Below, piece by piece: positions 40,701 to 50,960 of a stretch of 64,000 bases of DNA (position 1 is the stretch's first letter; every line of letters begins with the position of its first letter). The DNA comes from Torpedo marmorata (Eukaryota): positions 23,126,001-23,190,000 of the forward strand of contig OZ360228.1 of the NCBI GenBank assembly GCA_977017645.1, in the 5' to 3' direction. The notes below the pieces were generated by a model. The model was not told where the DNA came from and ran no database searches. It saw only the letters and a program-made list of their open reading frames with translations. The position numbers and the translations under genes were made by a program.

Positions 40701-43700
40701 AGAGCAGTTTCCAGACCGAGCGTCTCACTGAATGCTGGAACGAAGGGTTGAATTGCCTCTTCCTACTAACCCGCCATCCCTGCTGTTGATATAGTATTAA
40801 CCACACACGGCCCAAGAGCCAAATTGTTAGCCTGACCTTTACTGTTGGAGACTGAAGAATCTGTTGGAGATGAAGCCCCTTCCAGCCCAGCCTGTCCTGT
40901 ATTAAAACAGAATTTAGAACAAGCATAACCCACAGAAGGGGAAAACTGTTCATCGGCAGCAGCTGCCGGACACAGGGAAGAGGCAGGGCACTGCTGTGCT
41001 GTTTCAGCAGTATGCATCACGTCCAACACCCCAGCATCGAGGCAATGAAAGGTCATCTCTCTTCCGGTACAATGCTATCCTTGTGTGTTCCTTCCCACTG
41101 GAAGCAGAGATTCCCAGTGGAAAAATGAAAAGGCTGTCAGCTCCAGACACGAGGAGCCCACATGACAGGTGGGCGATAAAAGCCCTCTTGTACTCTTCCA
41201 GCCCACCCCCTCGGACTCCCCACCCCACCCTCTGCACTTCAGTGGCCATTCCACAGTCACCGTGATTCTTGTGTGGGGAAAACACTGGCAGCTTCATTTT
41301 AAAAATTAAACCCTCTGTCACAACTGAACACCTCTCACCTTCCACGGTTCCCTAACCTCTGAAGCAGAGGTCCCATTTAAAATAAGGCGCTCAGTGTAAA
41401 ACAGAGTGGGCACACTGTTTGTTCATTGGAGCAGCATGTTAATCCAGAGAGGCTTTAATGCCTCAAGGTTCAGAGGAGTAGGGTTAGGAAAGAGATGAGG
41501 AGGAACCCGGAGAGCAGCGAATCTGTGGAATTCTCTGCCCGAGGAAGCCTCGACTGCTTCCTCGAGCAGAGAATTCCACAGATTCGCTGTACTTAAGACA
41601 GTTAAATAGATTTTTTGCATAGTAGGGGAACGGGTGGGTAAGTGGAGTCGAGTCCACATTAGCCATGATCTCATTGAATGGCGGAGCAGGCTCGACGGAC
41701 CAGATGGCCGACTCCTGCTCCTAGCTCTGATGTTCTTATAGCAGTCAAACACCAACATTAATTAGCACACGAACCCTGCCCTCGCACATACGTTGCTAGG
41801 TTATTAATTTGATATTCCGTTGGCATGACAACTCAGCACAGTCCTTCGTTCCCACTCAATTTGTTTAGCATTCTGCCTTATCCAGTTATTATATAAATAG
41901 AGATGATAAGATTAAGTAAAAATTCAGTTTCCATTGGTATTTATAATCCACTTGACCCGGCCTAATCTGCTTCCTACATTACAACAGCATCTGCGCCAGA
42001 AATACATCATTGTCTGCGTGGTCCTTTGGGATTTTCTGGGTCGAAAGAGTTTGTGAAAATACAACTTGTCCCCTCCTCTGGTCTGTGACAGCAGGAGCAC
42101 CGTGATGCAAGGGGAGAGCAGTCTCCCTACTCAGGATGGATGACTGGACGCAAGAAGGGGCGTAACCAGCTTTTGCTCCACAACCCCCGCATTTCTTGGC
42201 AGGCCTCAACTGCGACACTCCCCAGCTACAGAGAAAGGGCTCGGGAACATGCCTGTGGGTCAGCCACCTGTAACATTATCCCAGTTTTCCTCTCTCACAG
42301 ATGCTGAACGATACGAGCATTTCCAGCCACTGCTGTCTGCGCCTCAGAGTTCCATTACGTTGTTGGTGACATTTCCCTCTGACTGCCCTCGTTCATCTCC
42401 TCATAACAGACCCATCCTAATTAACTAGAGAGCATCCAGAACAACTGCATCACCCTGTCAGGCTTGGTCTCCACCCCAACCACAGAGATTCCTTCTGCTC
42501 TCTACCCTTCTCTGCAACTTCAAACATTTTATTTCCTCACTTTTCCACTTCTGAAGAGGAGTTTAACTCTATTCCTAATGGAAGGCCCGAAACCAACTGT
42601 TCCTGTTTTCTCTCTCTCCACAGATGCTGAATGACCTACTGAATATATTTTATTTTCATTTGAGATGTACAAATTTTATTTGTTCACCATAATCTTCCAT
42701 CCCCCTCAGATGATCGAATAAAACGCACAACTAACTCCTTGAATCTCTTGAACTTTCTGCTGACTGAATGAGGCAGAAAGATTTGCTTTTTACAAAGGAA
42801 CTCACTGAACCTTGAGAAGGCCCTTTGTATTTGCACATAATGAAGTACTTTCAAAGTGCAGACATTATTTGCAGCCCAAGCAAGAGTGAGGGAGCCAAGC
42901 ACATAACTGGTAATGGCTGAGAGACACACACGGGTACAGCACCCTCCTCTTCCTCCAAGAATATAAATCGAGGCCACCCGCAAATTAGAGGAACAACAGT
43001 TTATATTCCATCTCAGCAGTCTCCAACCATACGGCATCAATATAGACTTCTCAAATTTCTGTTAACCCTCTCCCTCGGTCTCCACACCCTCTTCCCTTCC
43101 TTCTATTAGAGAGTTCCCCTTCTCTGCCCTCTCCCCCTTTCACTCCTCAGCTTCTTTCTCGCCTCTCCTCCCACCTGCTACCTGTTAGCCTGTGCTCCTC
43201 CCCTTCCCCTCACCTTTTTATTCAGATGTCTGCCTCATTTTGGGCACTCTTGACAAAGGCCTCAGGCCCGGAACGTCAACTGCCCTTTACTTTCTGTGGA
43301 CGCTGCATGGGTTTCTCCAGCACTTTTAACATAGAACAATACAGCACAGTACAGGCCCTTCGGCCCTCGATGTTGTGCCGACCTATGTATTCCTTCTTTT
43401 TAAAAAAACTACTAAACCCTCCCTACCCCGTAACCCTCTATTTTTATTTCATCCATGTGCCTGTCTAAGAGTCTCTTAAATGCCCCTAATGTTTCAGCCT
43501 CCACCACCATCCCCGGCAAGGCATTCCAGGCACCCACAATTCTCTGTGTAAAAAAACTTACCCCTGATGTCTCCCCTAAACTTCCCTCCCTTCACTTTGT
43601 ACAGATATCCTCTGGTGTTTGCTATTCCTGCCCTGGGAAACAGGTGCTGGCTGTCCACCCTATCTATGCCTCATAATCTTGTAGACCTCTATCAAGTCTC

Positions 43701-46700
43701 CTCTCCAAAGAGAAGACTTTATGCTCCAAAGAGAAAAGTCCCAGCTCTACTAACCTTGCCTCATAAGACTTGTTTTCCAATCCAGGCAACATCCTGGTAA
43801 ATCTCCTCTGCACCCTCTCCATAGCTTCCACATCCTTCCTATAACGAGGTGACCAGAACTGAACACAATACTCTAAGTGTGGTCTCACCAGAGATTTGTA
43901 GAGTTGCAACATGACCTCTCTACTCCTGAATTCAATCCCTCTATTAATGAATCCCAGCATCCCATAGGCCTTCTTAACTATCCTAACAACCTGTGCGATG
44001 TATGGATTTGAACCCCAAGGTCCCTCTGTTCATCCACACTCTTAAGTAACCGACCATTAACCCTTCTGGTTTATCCTTCCAAAATGCGTCACCTCACATT
44101 TATCCGGATTGAAATCCATCTGCCACTTTTCTGCCCAACTCTGCATCCTGTCTATATCCTCTTGTAACCTTCGACAACCTTCAGCTCCATCCACAACTCC
44201 TCCAACCTTCGTGTCATCCGCAAACTTACTGACCCATCTTTCCGCCTCTTCATCCAGGTCATTTATAAAAATCACAAAGAGCAGGGGTCCCAGAACAGAT
44301 CCTTGCGGCACTCCACGAGTCACCGGCCTCCAGGCAGAATACTTTCCTTCCACTACTACTCTCTGGTTTCTTCCTACAAGCCAATTTTTTATCCACACAG
44401 CCAAGGTTCCACTGATCCCGTGCCTCATGACTTTCTGGATGAGTCTCTCATGGGGGACCTTGTCAAATGCCTTGCTAAAATCCATGTAGACCACATCTAG
44501 CGCCCTACCGTCATCAATTTCTTTTGTTACCTCCTCAAAAAACACAATTAGACTCGTGAGGCACGACCTTCCCTTCACAAAGCCATGCTGACTATCCCTG
44601 AGTAGACTGTACTTCTCCAAATGCTCATAGATCCTATCCCTAAGAATCCCCTCCATATGTTTGCACACCACTGATGTAAGACTCACCAGTCTATAATTCC
44701 CAGGATTCTCCCTATTACCTTTGTTAAACAAGGGGACTACATTTGTGAACCAGTTTTCAACCTATCGACCCCCTTGCAAGGTTTCCACTGGTACAAGAGC
44801 ACCATGCTGCCTGGTGTGAGTAGGGAATGTAAGTGAGCACGTGCAAAGAGGTTACGGGGAAATAAGCTGGGGTGGGATTGGTTGCCCTGAGGCTTGATGG
44901 ACTGAATGGCCTCCTTCCACGAGAAAATGTTTACAAAAGGTTGAGCCATGCAGATGATGACAATGCGTTACAGAACTGAAGCAGGGGTCCAATGGGATTC
45001 CAGAGGTGTCCCATCCTCGAGACAGCCTCCCAGACGACTTATTGCTGAAACAAAGTTGATTTTACAGGCCAACAACCAGAAGGCCAAGCCTGCCACACCC
45101 AAGTTTCCACTTCTTTCCAAAGAAACTGCTTTTCTTTGCCAAATTGCATGCTAATAATTGTAAAATTCCACTGCTCTGGTCAGACTGGCTACAGCTGTGC
45201 CACAGCTGTGAGCACAGCTAGGATGGGCCTGACAAATGTAAGCTACACCCAGGTAAAACACAATTCTCCATGTATCTCAAGCCATTCTCCAAAGAGAACC
45301 TCCTGCAAACAGTTACCTGCCCTTCCCACCATCCATTCTCCTGCTGGGATGCCCCCTCCAACCCCACCATCAACATTCTCACCTACCGAAAAACTGATCT
45401 ATCTTCTCTTCCCTCGTAAATTAGTGGCACAGCATGGAAACAGGCCCCTCGGCCCAACCTGTCCACGCTGTCCCACCTCACTGCACTTGGCCCATATCCC
45501 TCTGAACCCATGTATCCATCCAAATGTTTCTTAAACATTGCAACAGTGCCTGCTTCAACCACCTGGAAAATAAGGATGCGTGTGTTCGAATGCTGTTTAT
45601 TGACTTCAGCTCGGCATTCAACACGATCATACCTCAGTACCTGATAGGGAAGTTGAGCCGGCTGGGCCTAAACTACACCCTCTGTAATTGGATCCTAGAC
45701 TTCCTGACGGGAAGACCTCAGGCAGTCCGGTTTGGAAACAGCACTTCCAAGGTCATTACATTGAGCACGGGAGCTCCCCAGGGCTGTGTGCTTAGTCCAT
45801 TGCTGTTCACCCTGCTGACTCATGACTGTGCAGCAAAACACAGCTCGAATCACATCATAAAGTTCGCTGATGATACAACGGTGGTGGGCCTTATCAGTAT
45901 GAACGATGAGTCAGCATACAGAGATGAGGTGCAGTCGCTAATGGAATGGTGCGGAACCAACAACCTGCATCTGAATGTAAACAAAAGAGTTGGTTGTCGA
46001 CTTCAGAAGGGCTCGGGGGGATCATTCTCCATTGACCATGGACAGCTCTACCGTTGAGGTCATAAAGAGTACCAAGTTTTTTGGAGTGCACTTGGCGGAG
46101 AGTCTCACCTGGTCCCTCAACACCATTTCCATAGTCAAGAAAGCCCATCAGCGTCTTTACTTCCTGCGAAGGCTGAGGAAAGTTCATCTCCCACCCACTA
46201 TCCTTACTACATTCGACAGGGGATGTATTGAGAGTATTCTGAGCAATTGCATCACTGCTTGGTTTGGTAACTGTACCATCTCGGACCGAAAGACCCTGCA
46301 GAGGATAGTGGGGTTAGCGGAGAAAATTATTGGAGTCTCTCTCCCCACCATGACAGACATCTACAACACACGATGCATGAGGAAGGCTAAAAACATTGTG
46401 AAGGACTTCTCACACCCCTTTGGTAATCTGTTTTCCCTTTTGCCATCTGGAAGGAGGTACCGAAGCACTCGGGTTGGTACGTCCAGACTGTGCAACAGTT
46501 TTTTCCCCCAAGCCATCAGGCTCCTCAATTCCTAGATATATATGTGTATTAGCATGTTATAGTTTTTCTATTGTATTATGATATTTATGTACATCTGCCC
46601 ATGGTCCTGGAGAAACGCTATCTCGTCTTACTGTGTATATGGTAATGAACGACAAATAAAGGTGACTTGACTTCTTCCAGCAGCCCATTCCACACACTCA

Positions 46701-49700
46701 CCATCCTGTGTGTAAGTTAACCCCTCAGGATCCTGTTAAATCTCTCCCCCACCCCCCCCCCCCAAACCTTAAATCCATGTCCTCTGGTTACCACTGCCCC
46801 TACTCTTGGCAAAAGACTCTCTGCATTCGCCCGATTTTGTACACCTCTTGCGATCACCCCTCATCCTCCTGTAATCCCAGGAATAAAGCCCCAGCCTGCT
46901 CAACCTCTCCCTGTAGCTCAGGCCCCCGAGTCCTGGCAATATCCTCGTAAATCTTCTCTGCACCCTCTCCATTTTCCTGTGGCACGGTGACCAAAACTGA
47001 ACACAATCCTCCAAATGGGGCCCCACCAACATCTTATAAAACTGTAACATGACCTCCCAACTTCTGTACTCAATACTCTGATTGATTTACTCTAAATTTT
47101 CTTCACACTCCTTCAATCTTGTTGATATCTTTCTTGTAGGCAGGTGAACAAAACTGCGCACAATACTCGAAATTTGGCCTAATGTCTTAGACAACTTTCA
47201 CCATAACATCCCAAGTCCTGTATTCAATACTTTGATTTTTTTGAAGGCCAATGTACCAAAGCTTTCTTTACAATCCTATCTACCTAAGATTGGCGTATCT
47301 CGGCATGGTTGGCGTAGCGGTGAGCGCAACGCTTTACGGCATCAGCGATCGGGACGGGGGTTCGAATCCTGCGCTTTCTGCAAGGAGTTTGTACGTTCTC
47401 CCCGTGTCTGCGTGGGTTTTCCCCGGCGGCTCCGGTTTCCTCCCACCCTTCAAAACGTACGTAGGGGTGTAGGTTAATTGGGTGTAGGTTAATTGGGTGT
47501 AAACTGGGCGGCATGGACTCGTAGGCCAAAATGGCCTGTTACCGTGTTGGATGTCTAAATGAGATTTGGCTCTTAATAATGGTTTAATGTTCAACCAGTG
47601 TCCAAAAGTTCCACGCTTCCAATCTAAGCATGGCTCAAATGTAAGAGCATATTTATCCCCAGTGTGTTGTCTCCCATTCTTCCATCTCTGGTGGGCTTGC
47701 AAATAGAGCAGTGCCAATAAGCAGTCGAGTTGAGAGAATACTTTTTAATAAAAAGCTAACAGCTCTGCTGTGGATCTGGCGAGAGGGAGTTGGTTGGTAC
47801 CAGGGAGTGTAATGAAGAAATGTTAGAATCACAGCAAGTACACATTCAATGTGCAGCTAACAGACCCACACTCACCTGCCACCTACAAGTGTAGTGACTA
47901 AAAAAAAGAAACATTCACAGCAAGAAGTGCCCTTAGGCAATGATGAGAGATGAATCAAGGCAACTCAAAAAGACCGACTACTTGAGAATGCATTTCCTGA
48001 CCAGCAATCAGTGCGGATGTGTCTGGTAAGAAATTATGAACAATGTGCAGAACATAACTCTACAGAACCCATGCACAAAAGAACAGCATTCCTTCATTCA
48101 ACACAGCCTCTTGTGATACCAGGTGTCACTTGATAAGTGGCTACTTTTGACTTCTCCCACCACACTCCCTAATTATTACTTAACGAGGCTCTTAAAAGTC
48201 ACCATTGACTGTTTCCAAATCATCGCTTCGGAGAGAACATTCCAGGCCACATCCCACTCACTGACTGAAACAAATTCCACATCTTCTGTCCCATTCCTAT
48301 CCTAATAACGCACTGGCTATATTCGTTGCAATCTTGCTCAATTTCCCAGCAGTTGCGTCCAATCTCAGCCAATGCCCACAGAGTATAAACCAGAACGGCC
48401 CCAAAAGACACAGGCATCGGCCAGACATTGCAAGGATACAGCACTTAATTCAGAGCCTGTCACATAATTGTTCAATAGTACCCACCAAATCCCTGCTCGA
48501 TGTGTCGGAGGAGGGGGAAGTCGCCAGGGTGTGATCTACCCATCTCAAAATTAAAGAGCAGAAATTCCTCCGCTTACCGAGTAAAATTAGAACTCGTTTA
48601 AAAAATATGGCCAGTCACCCTGTTCTGAAAAGTACATCATTTAATTTTAACTTTCAAGAGAGAATCAGCTAAAGACCTCCGGCTTCCCGGGGTTACAAAC
48701 CAGCCCACTGCGAGGGGAACAATTGTGACCAAAGGCTTTGTAATTCTCGCTCAGCAACCCGCCCGGCGTCTGTTTGACCACTCTTATTTCACGAGTGTTT
48801 CGTCAAATACGCAAAACAAAATCCGATACCATCTATTATTTATTGAAGCGAACACCCCCCCACCCCGGTTCAATCTAGGAGCAAGGCGGGTCGCTTTCAC
48901 CGGTCAACCAGCCTCTGGAGCTGCTCCAGACTTGGACCCTGAGTGCTGACACCGCCCTCCTCCACGACAGAGGTCCCGGGGCAATGCCGAAACCCACCTC
49001 CCCGACCCGCCAGGTGCAGAGAGGCGGCTGCAAGCCGCAACAGCCCCAAGGAGCAGCGGCACGCCAGGACAGCTGCCAGCGGCAGGCCACTCGGCCCGCT
49101 GCCCCCATGTTAGCCCCCTAAAGTAGCGCAAATCCCACCGGACACCATTCCCTGCGCCGTTAGCCGCAGCCAGACTGTTAGTGAGGGATCGCCCACTAGA
49201 AGTGGGGCTCGAAACCGCCCCCCACCCTTCCCCGAGCAGGGTCCCTCCTCTCAACCCCCCTCCCCGAGCAGGGTCCCTCCTCCCAGGGTCCCTCCTCCCA
49301 GGGTCCCTCCTCCCAGGGTCCCTCCTCCCAACCCCCTTCCTCCCAACCCCCCCTCTTCCTCTCAACCCCCCCCTCTTCCTCTCAACCCCCCCCTCTTCCT
49401 CTCAACCCCCCCCTCTTCCTCTCAACCCCCCCCTCTTCCTCTCAACCCCCCCCTCTTCCTCTCAACCCCCCCTCTTCCTCTCAACCCCCCCCTCTTCCTC
49501 TCAACCCCCCCCTTCCTCTCAACCCCCCCCCTCTTCCTCTCAACCCCCCCCTCTTCCTCTCAACCCCCCCCTCTTCCTCTCAACCCCCCCTCTTCCTCTC
49601 AACCCCCCCCTCTTCCTCTCAACCCCCCCTCTTCCTCTCAACCCCCCCCTTCCTCTCAACCCCCCCCTTCCTCTCAACCCCCCCCTTCCTCTCAACCCCC

Positions 49701-50596
49701 CCCTCTTCCTCTCAACCCCCCCCTCTTCCTCTCAACCCCCCCCTCTTCCTCTCAACCCCCCCTCTTCCTCTCAACCCCCCCCTCTTCCTCTCAACCCCCC
49801 CTCTTCCTCTCAACCCCCCCCTCTTCCTCTCAACCCCCCCTCTTCCTCTCAACCCCCCCTCTTCCTCTCAACCCCCCCTCTTCCTCTCAACCCCCCCTCT
49901 TCCTCTCAACCCCCCCTCTTCCTCTCAACCCCCCCTCTTCCTCTCAACCCCCCCTCTTCCTCTCAACCCCCCCTCTTCCTCTCAACCCCCCCTCTTCCTC
50001 TCAACCCCCCCTCTTCCTCTCCTCACCCCCCTCTTCCTCTCCTCACCTCCCCTCAGTCCTTTCTCCTCTCACCCACCCACCCCCTCCCAGTCCTTTCTCC
50101 TCTCACCCACCCACCCCCTCCCAGTCCTTTCTCCTCCCACCCACCCCCTCCCTCCCAGTCCTTTCTCCTCTCACCCACTCCCCCTCCCTCCCAGTCCTTT
50201 CTCCTCTCACCCACTCCCCCTCCCTCCCAGTCCTTTCTCCTCTCACCCACCCACCCCCTCCCTCCCAGTCCTTTCTCCTCTCACCCACCCACCCCCTCCC
50301 TCCCAGTCCTTTCTCCTCTCACCCACCCTCCCTCCCAGTCCTTTCTCCTCTCACCCCCCCTCCCTCCCTCCCAGTCCTTTCTCCTCTCCTCCTCTCACCC
50401 ACCCACCCCCCTCCCTCCCACCCAGTCCTTTCTCCTCTCATCCCTCCCCCCCCAGTCCTTTCTCCTCTCACCCCCCCCCCTCCCTTCTCCTCTCACCCCC
50501 CCCCCCTTCTCCTCTCACCCCCCCCCCTCCCTCCCAGTCCTTTCTCCTCTCACCGAAGTAGACCGTCTTGTCGCACTTGGGGCACTTGGATGCCAT
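1709..50596 (-). CDS. CRIP2: Cysteine-rich protein 2-like (two LIM domains), 8 coding exons: 50554-50596, 21359-21451, 20818-20875, 19675-19818, 17880-17948, 16418-16512, 12126-12183, 1709-1773; 2-nt frameshift in exon 2 as assembled
   Basis: Spliced translation: [27 protein letters not shown][fs][54 protein letters not shown]...[99 protein letters not shown]. This closely resembles vertebrate CRIP2. All introns are GT-AG. The CDS totals 625 nt; restoring 2 nt gives 627 nt = 208 aa. CRIP2 versus crip2-like/CRIP3 orthology cannot be settled without a tree. Confidence 0.9.
1800..2105 (-). mobile_element. CR1-type LINE 3' fragment
   Basis: ETRTRG...[13 protein letters not shown] motif typical of the CR1 ORF2 C-terminus. 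Confidence 0.8.
2106..2728. repeat. 33-bp minisatellite (aaaccccactgggacccccgtgcgtccagcccc), ~18 copies
   Basis: Direct inspection; 11-aa periodicity in the ORF track. Confidence 0.95.
2735..3416 (+). mobile_element. L1-clade LINE 3' end (ORF2 C-terminus, 3'UTR, A-rich tail)
   Basis: LSLEKIR...F..TW..F..YF motif, AT-rich UTR, aataaa and (aaat)n tail. Confidence 0.75.
3670..3830 (+). mobile_element. Degenerate V-SINE body hosting the 54-bp array (tail resumes at ~11481-11510)
   Basis: gctgtctgtgtggagtttgcacattctc...gctccagtttcctcccac V-domain. Confidence 0.75.
3831..11480. repeat. 7.65-kb minisatellite, 54/56-bp unit (aaatgttgggttcacagwgacagctgggtgattgytgscacagac[tt]catgkattt), ~140 copies, in intron 7
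   Basis: Direct inspection; 18-aa periodic ORFs. Confidence 0.98.
12126..12183 (-). CDS. CRIP2: CRIP2-like exon 7 ([19 protein letters not shown])
   Basis: attcag|CACGAC...AAAG|gtaaa; 58 nt. Confidence 0.95.
12270..12550 (+). mobile_element. Older V-SINE copy
   Basis: ggttcaatccc B-box, V-domain, tail ggactcggtgggccgaagggcctg. Confidence 0.8.
12765..13250 (+). mobile_element. Penelope-like element 3' fragment (GIY-YIG C-terminus and terminal repeat)
   Basis: Degenerate ASHFN...[21 protein letters not shown]...FSNFR*, then gaagggctcaggcccga. Confidence 0.7.
13430..13640. repeat. Short tandem repeats (27-bp x2-3; 15-bp gacagacaggagcag x4)
   Basis: Direct inspection. Confidence 0.8.
13665..14335 (-). 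mobile_element. L1-clade LINE 3' fragment
   Basis: [18 protein letters not shown] zinc knuckle; [10 protein letters not shown]...FVKVWQ; poly-T at ~13665. Confidence 0.85.
14955..15160 (+). mobile_element. tRNA-derived V-SINE (young family), internally deleted
   Basis: Matches the other copies of this family in the window. Confidence 0.85.
15385..16098. repeat. 39/41-bp minisatellite (ccccacactcccagcagagtcccaccacacccagccccatt), ~17 copies, intron 6
   Basis: Direct inspection. Confidence 0.95.
16418..16512 (-). CDS. CRIP2: CRIP2-like exon 6 ([32 protein letters not shown])
   Basis: ctccag|CCGAG...GCGGAG|gtgag; 95 nt. Confidence 0.95.
16864..17480 (-). mobile_element. GC-rich non-autonomous retroposon with atgacaataaa/ttgaat tail
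   Basis: Similar to 55980-56810 and 23230-23745. Confidence 0.65.
17880..17948 (-). CDS. CRIP2: CRIP2-like exon 5 ([23 protein letters not shown])
   Basis: cccag|CCTCAAGTATG...TTCG|gtgag; 69 nt. Confidence 0.95.
18820..19048 (+). mobile_element. tRNA-derived V-SINE
   Basis: A-box, ggttcgaatcc B-box and V-domain. Confidence 0.9.
19258..19450. repeat. 24-bp minisatellite (ccggtcggtcgtggggtgggggcg), ~8 copies
   Basis: Direct inspection. Confidence 0.95.
19675..19818 (-). CDS. CRIP2: CRIP2-like exon 4 ([13 protein letters not shown] plus Pro-rich linker)
   Basis: ttgcag|GTGTGAAC...AACAAAG|gtaag; 144 nt, open, phase 1-1. Confidence 0.93.
19962..20766. repeat. G-rich ~17-bp tandem repeat (gagggtggaggggggga) in intron 3, interrupted by an assembly gap
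   Basis: Direct inspection. Confidence 0.95.
20395..20494. other. Assembly gap (100 N)
   Basis: Run of N. Confidence 1.
20818..20875 (-). CDS. CRIP2: CRIP2-like exon 3 ([19 protein letters not shown])
   Basis: ccgcag|CAC...AAGG|gtgag; 58 nt. Confidence 0.95.
21359..21451 (-). CDS. CRIP2: CRIP2-like exon 2 (LIM1 middle; 93 nt, 2-nt deletion)
   Basis: ttgcag|CCGAGAAGGTGACG...CACGCAGCG|gtgag. Reads [13 protein letters not shown], then the frame shifts to [18 protein letters not shown]. Confidence 0.9.
22780..23045 (+). mobile_element. tRNA-derived V-SINE, near full length, with AT tail
   Basis: ggcacggttggcgtggcggttag...gattcgaatccc...ggcctgttaccgtgcagtatgtctaaatttaaa. Confidence 0.9.
23230..23745 (+). 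mobile_element. GC-rich non-autonomous retroposon
   Basis: Shares caggtatcggaaccggg and the gacaataaa tail with 55980-56810. Confidence 0.65.
24100..24960 (-). mobile_element. CR1 LINE 3' fragment (RT C-terminus and 3'UTR)
   Basis: [19 protein letters not shown]...[10 protein letters not shown]...[11 protein letters not shown]. Confidence 0.9.
25765..26250 (+). mobile_element. Penelope-like 3' fragment
   Basis: Similar to 12765-13250. Confidence 0.65.
26875..27080 (-). mobile_element. V-SINE 3' part
   Basis: Reverse complement of the SINE family consensus. Confidence 0.9.
27649..27805 (+). mobile_element. V-SINE 5' half (interrupted by L1)
   Basis: Ends at ccgttcaaaatgt; resumes at 31214. 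Confidence 0.9.
27806..31213 (+). mobile_element. 5'-truncated L1-clade LINE with disrupted ORF2 (RT and C-terminal zinc knuckle)
   Basis: [34 protein letters not shown] and CDRC...HMFWLC motifs; multiple stops and frameshifts; A-rich tail. Confidence 0.95.
31214..31306 (+). mobile_element. V-SINE 3' half
   Basis: aaacgtaccgggggtgtagg...gtatgtctaaattttaaa. Confidence 0.9.
31307..31640. repeat. C-rich degenerate tandem repeat (ccgccccagcctcca)
   Basis: Direct inspection. Confidence 0.8.
33745..34200 (-). mobile_element. Degenerate Rex1/Babar-type LINE fragment (another at ~31790-32050)
   Basis: [11 protein letters not shown]...[15 protein letters not shown], homologous to the ORF at 45990-46535. 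Confidence 0.75.
34835..38960 (-). mobile_element. Near full-length but disrupted CR1 LINE: ORF1 (Cys-rich zinc finger plus SGNH esterase) and ORF2 (APE endonuclease plus RT)
   Basis: ORF1: CVAC...[25 protein letters not shown]2: [46 protein letters not shown]. Confidence 0.95.
39960..40527 (-). repeat. 568-bp near-identical direct copy of 38252-38819 (CR1 ORF1 5' part) inside a Penelope-type terminal repeat
   Basis: Constant 1708-bp offset; only two substitutions seen. Confidence 0.92.
42965..43325 (+). mobile_element. Penelope-like 3' fragment
   Basis: [30 protein letters not shown]-like translation. Confidence 0.7.
43327..44745 (-). mobile_element. CR1 LINE 3' portion (RT)
   Basis: [33 protein letters not shown] and FADDTK motifs. 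Confidence 0.95.
45560..46673 (+). mobile_element. Rex1/Babar-type LINE 3' portion, nested in a minus-strand CR1 3' fragment (45425-45560 and 46674-47085)
   Basis: [35 protein letters not shown] and [11 protein letters not shown] motifs; tail aataaaggtgacttgactt. Confidence 0.9.
47302..47560 (+). mobile_element. V-SINE
   Basis: Matches the family consensus. Confidence 0.9.
49250..50045. repeat. C/T-rich ~20-bp tandem repeat (ctcttcctctcaacccccccc)
   Basis: Direct inspection. Confidence 0.95.
50046..50553. repeat. ~33-bp minisatellite containing the exon-1 donor motif (minus strand gtgagaggagaaaggactgggaggg)
   Basis: Direct inspection. Confidence 0.9.
50554..50596 (-). CDS. CRIP2: CRIP2-like exon 1 coding part ([14 protein letters not shown], phase 1)
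   Basis: Strong Kozak context gcggccATGG; 43 nt; donor TTCG|gtgag. Confidence 0.95.
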
Positions 50597-50960
50597 GGCC
50601 GCCGCTGTCCAACCTGACTCGTCCCGCCGCACTGACACCCACGCTCGATGCTCCCGGAGCCGCCTCTGCTCGCTCGCTTCCCACCCTTCCCCTCCACCCA
50701 TTGGCCGGCGGCGCCTGCCCGCTCTCTCTGGTTGGATACCGCCGCCTGTCGATCAGAGAGCCGCGCCCCTCTCCCTCTCCCTCTCCCTCCTCGAACTGGT
50801 CCATCCTGGGAGCTGTACCGCAGCAGCACCGACTCTGCCCGAGCCCGAGCCCACCTGCTGCCCCACTCACTCCCTTTGTTCCCCATTCCCAACGAAAGCA
50901 GCAGCCGGCCGCCGCTCGCATGCAAGAGAATCGGATGCAGGGAGCACAGTGTGCTTTAAT
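50597..50960 (-). promoter_or_regulatory. CpG-rich 5'UTR/promoter of the CRIP2-like gene
   Basis: High CpG density directly upstream of the ATG; CCAAT on the minus strand at 50700-50704. Confidence 0.7.

Noticed and set aside
50519-50553. Using the next repeat donor adds 35 nt (+2 frame) and could compensate the exon-2 deletion
   Set aside because: Exon 2 would then read CCG AGA AGG TGA, an immediate stop.
50468-50553. Intron read-through [10 protein letters not shown] resembles the LIM motif GKDWH
   Set aside because: Three-residue coincidence within a low-complexity repeat, with no zinc ligands.
21452-50553. A spare intact copy of exon 2 in intron 1
   Set aside because: None seen by eye or in the ORF track; tBLASTn with the exon-6 peptide would be decisive.
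49181-50617. 478-aa Pro-rich ORF (also 19655-21184, 15210-16120 and 2083-2845)
   Set aside because: Translations of low-complexity tandem repeats.
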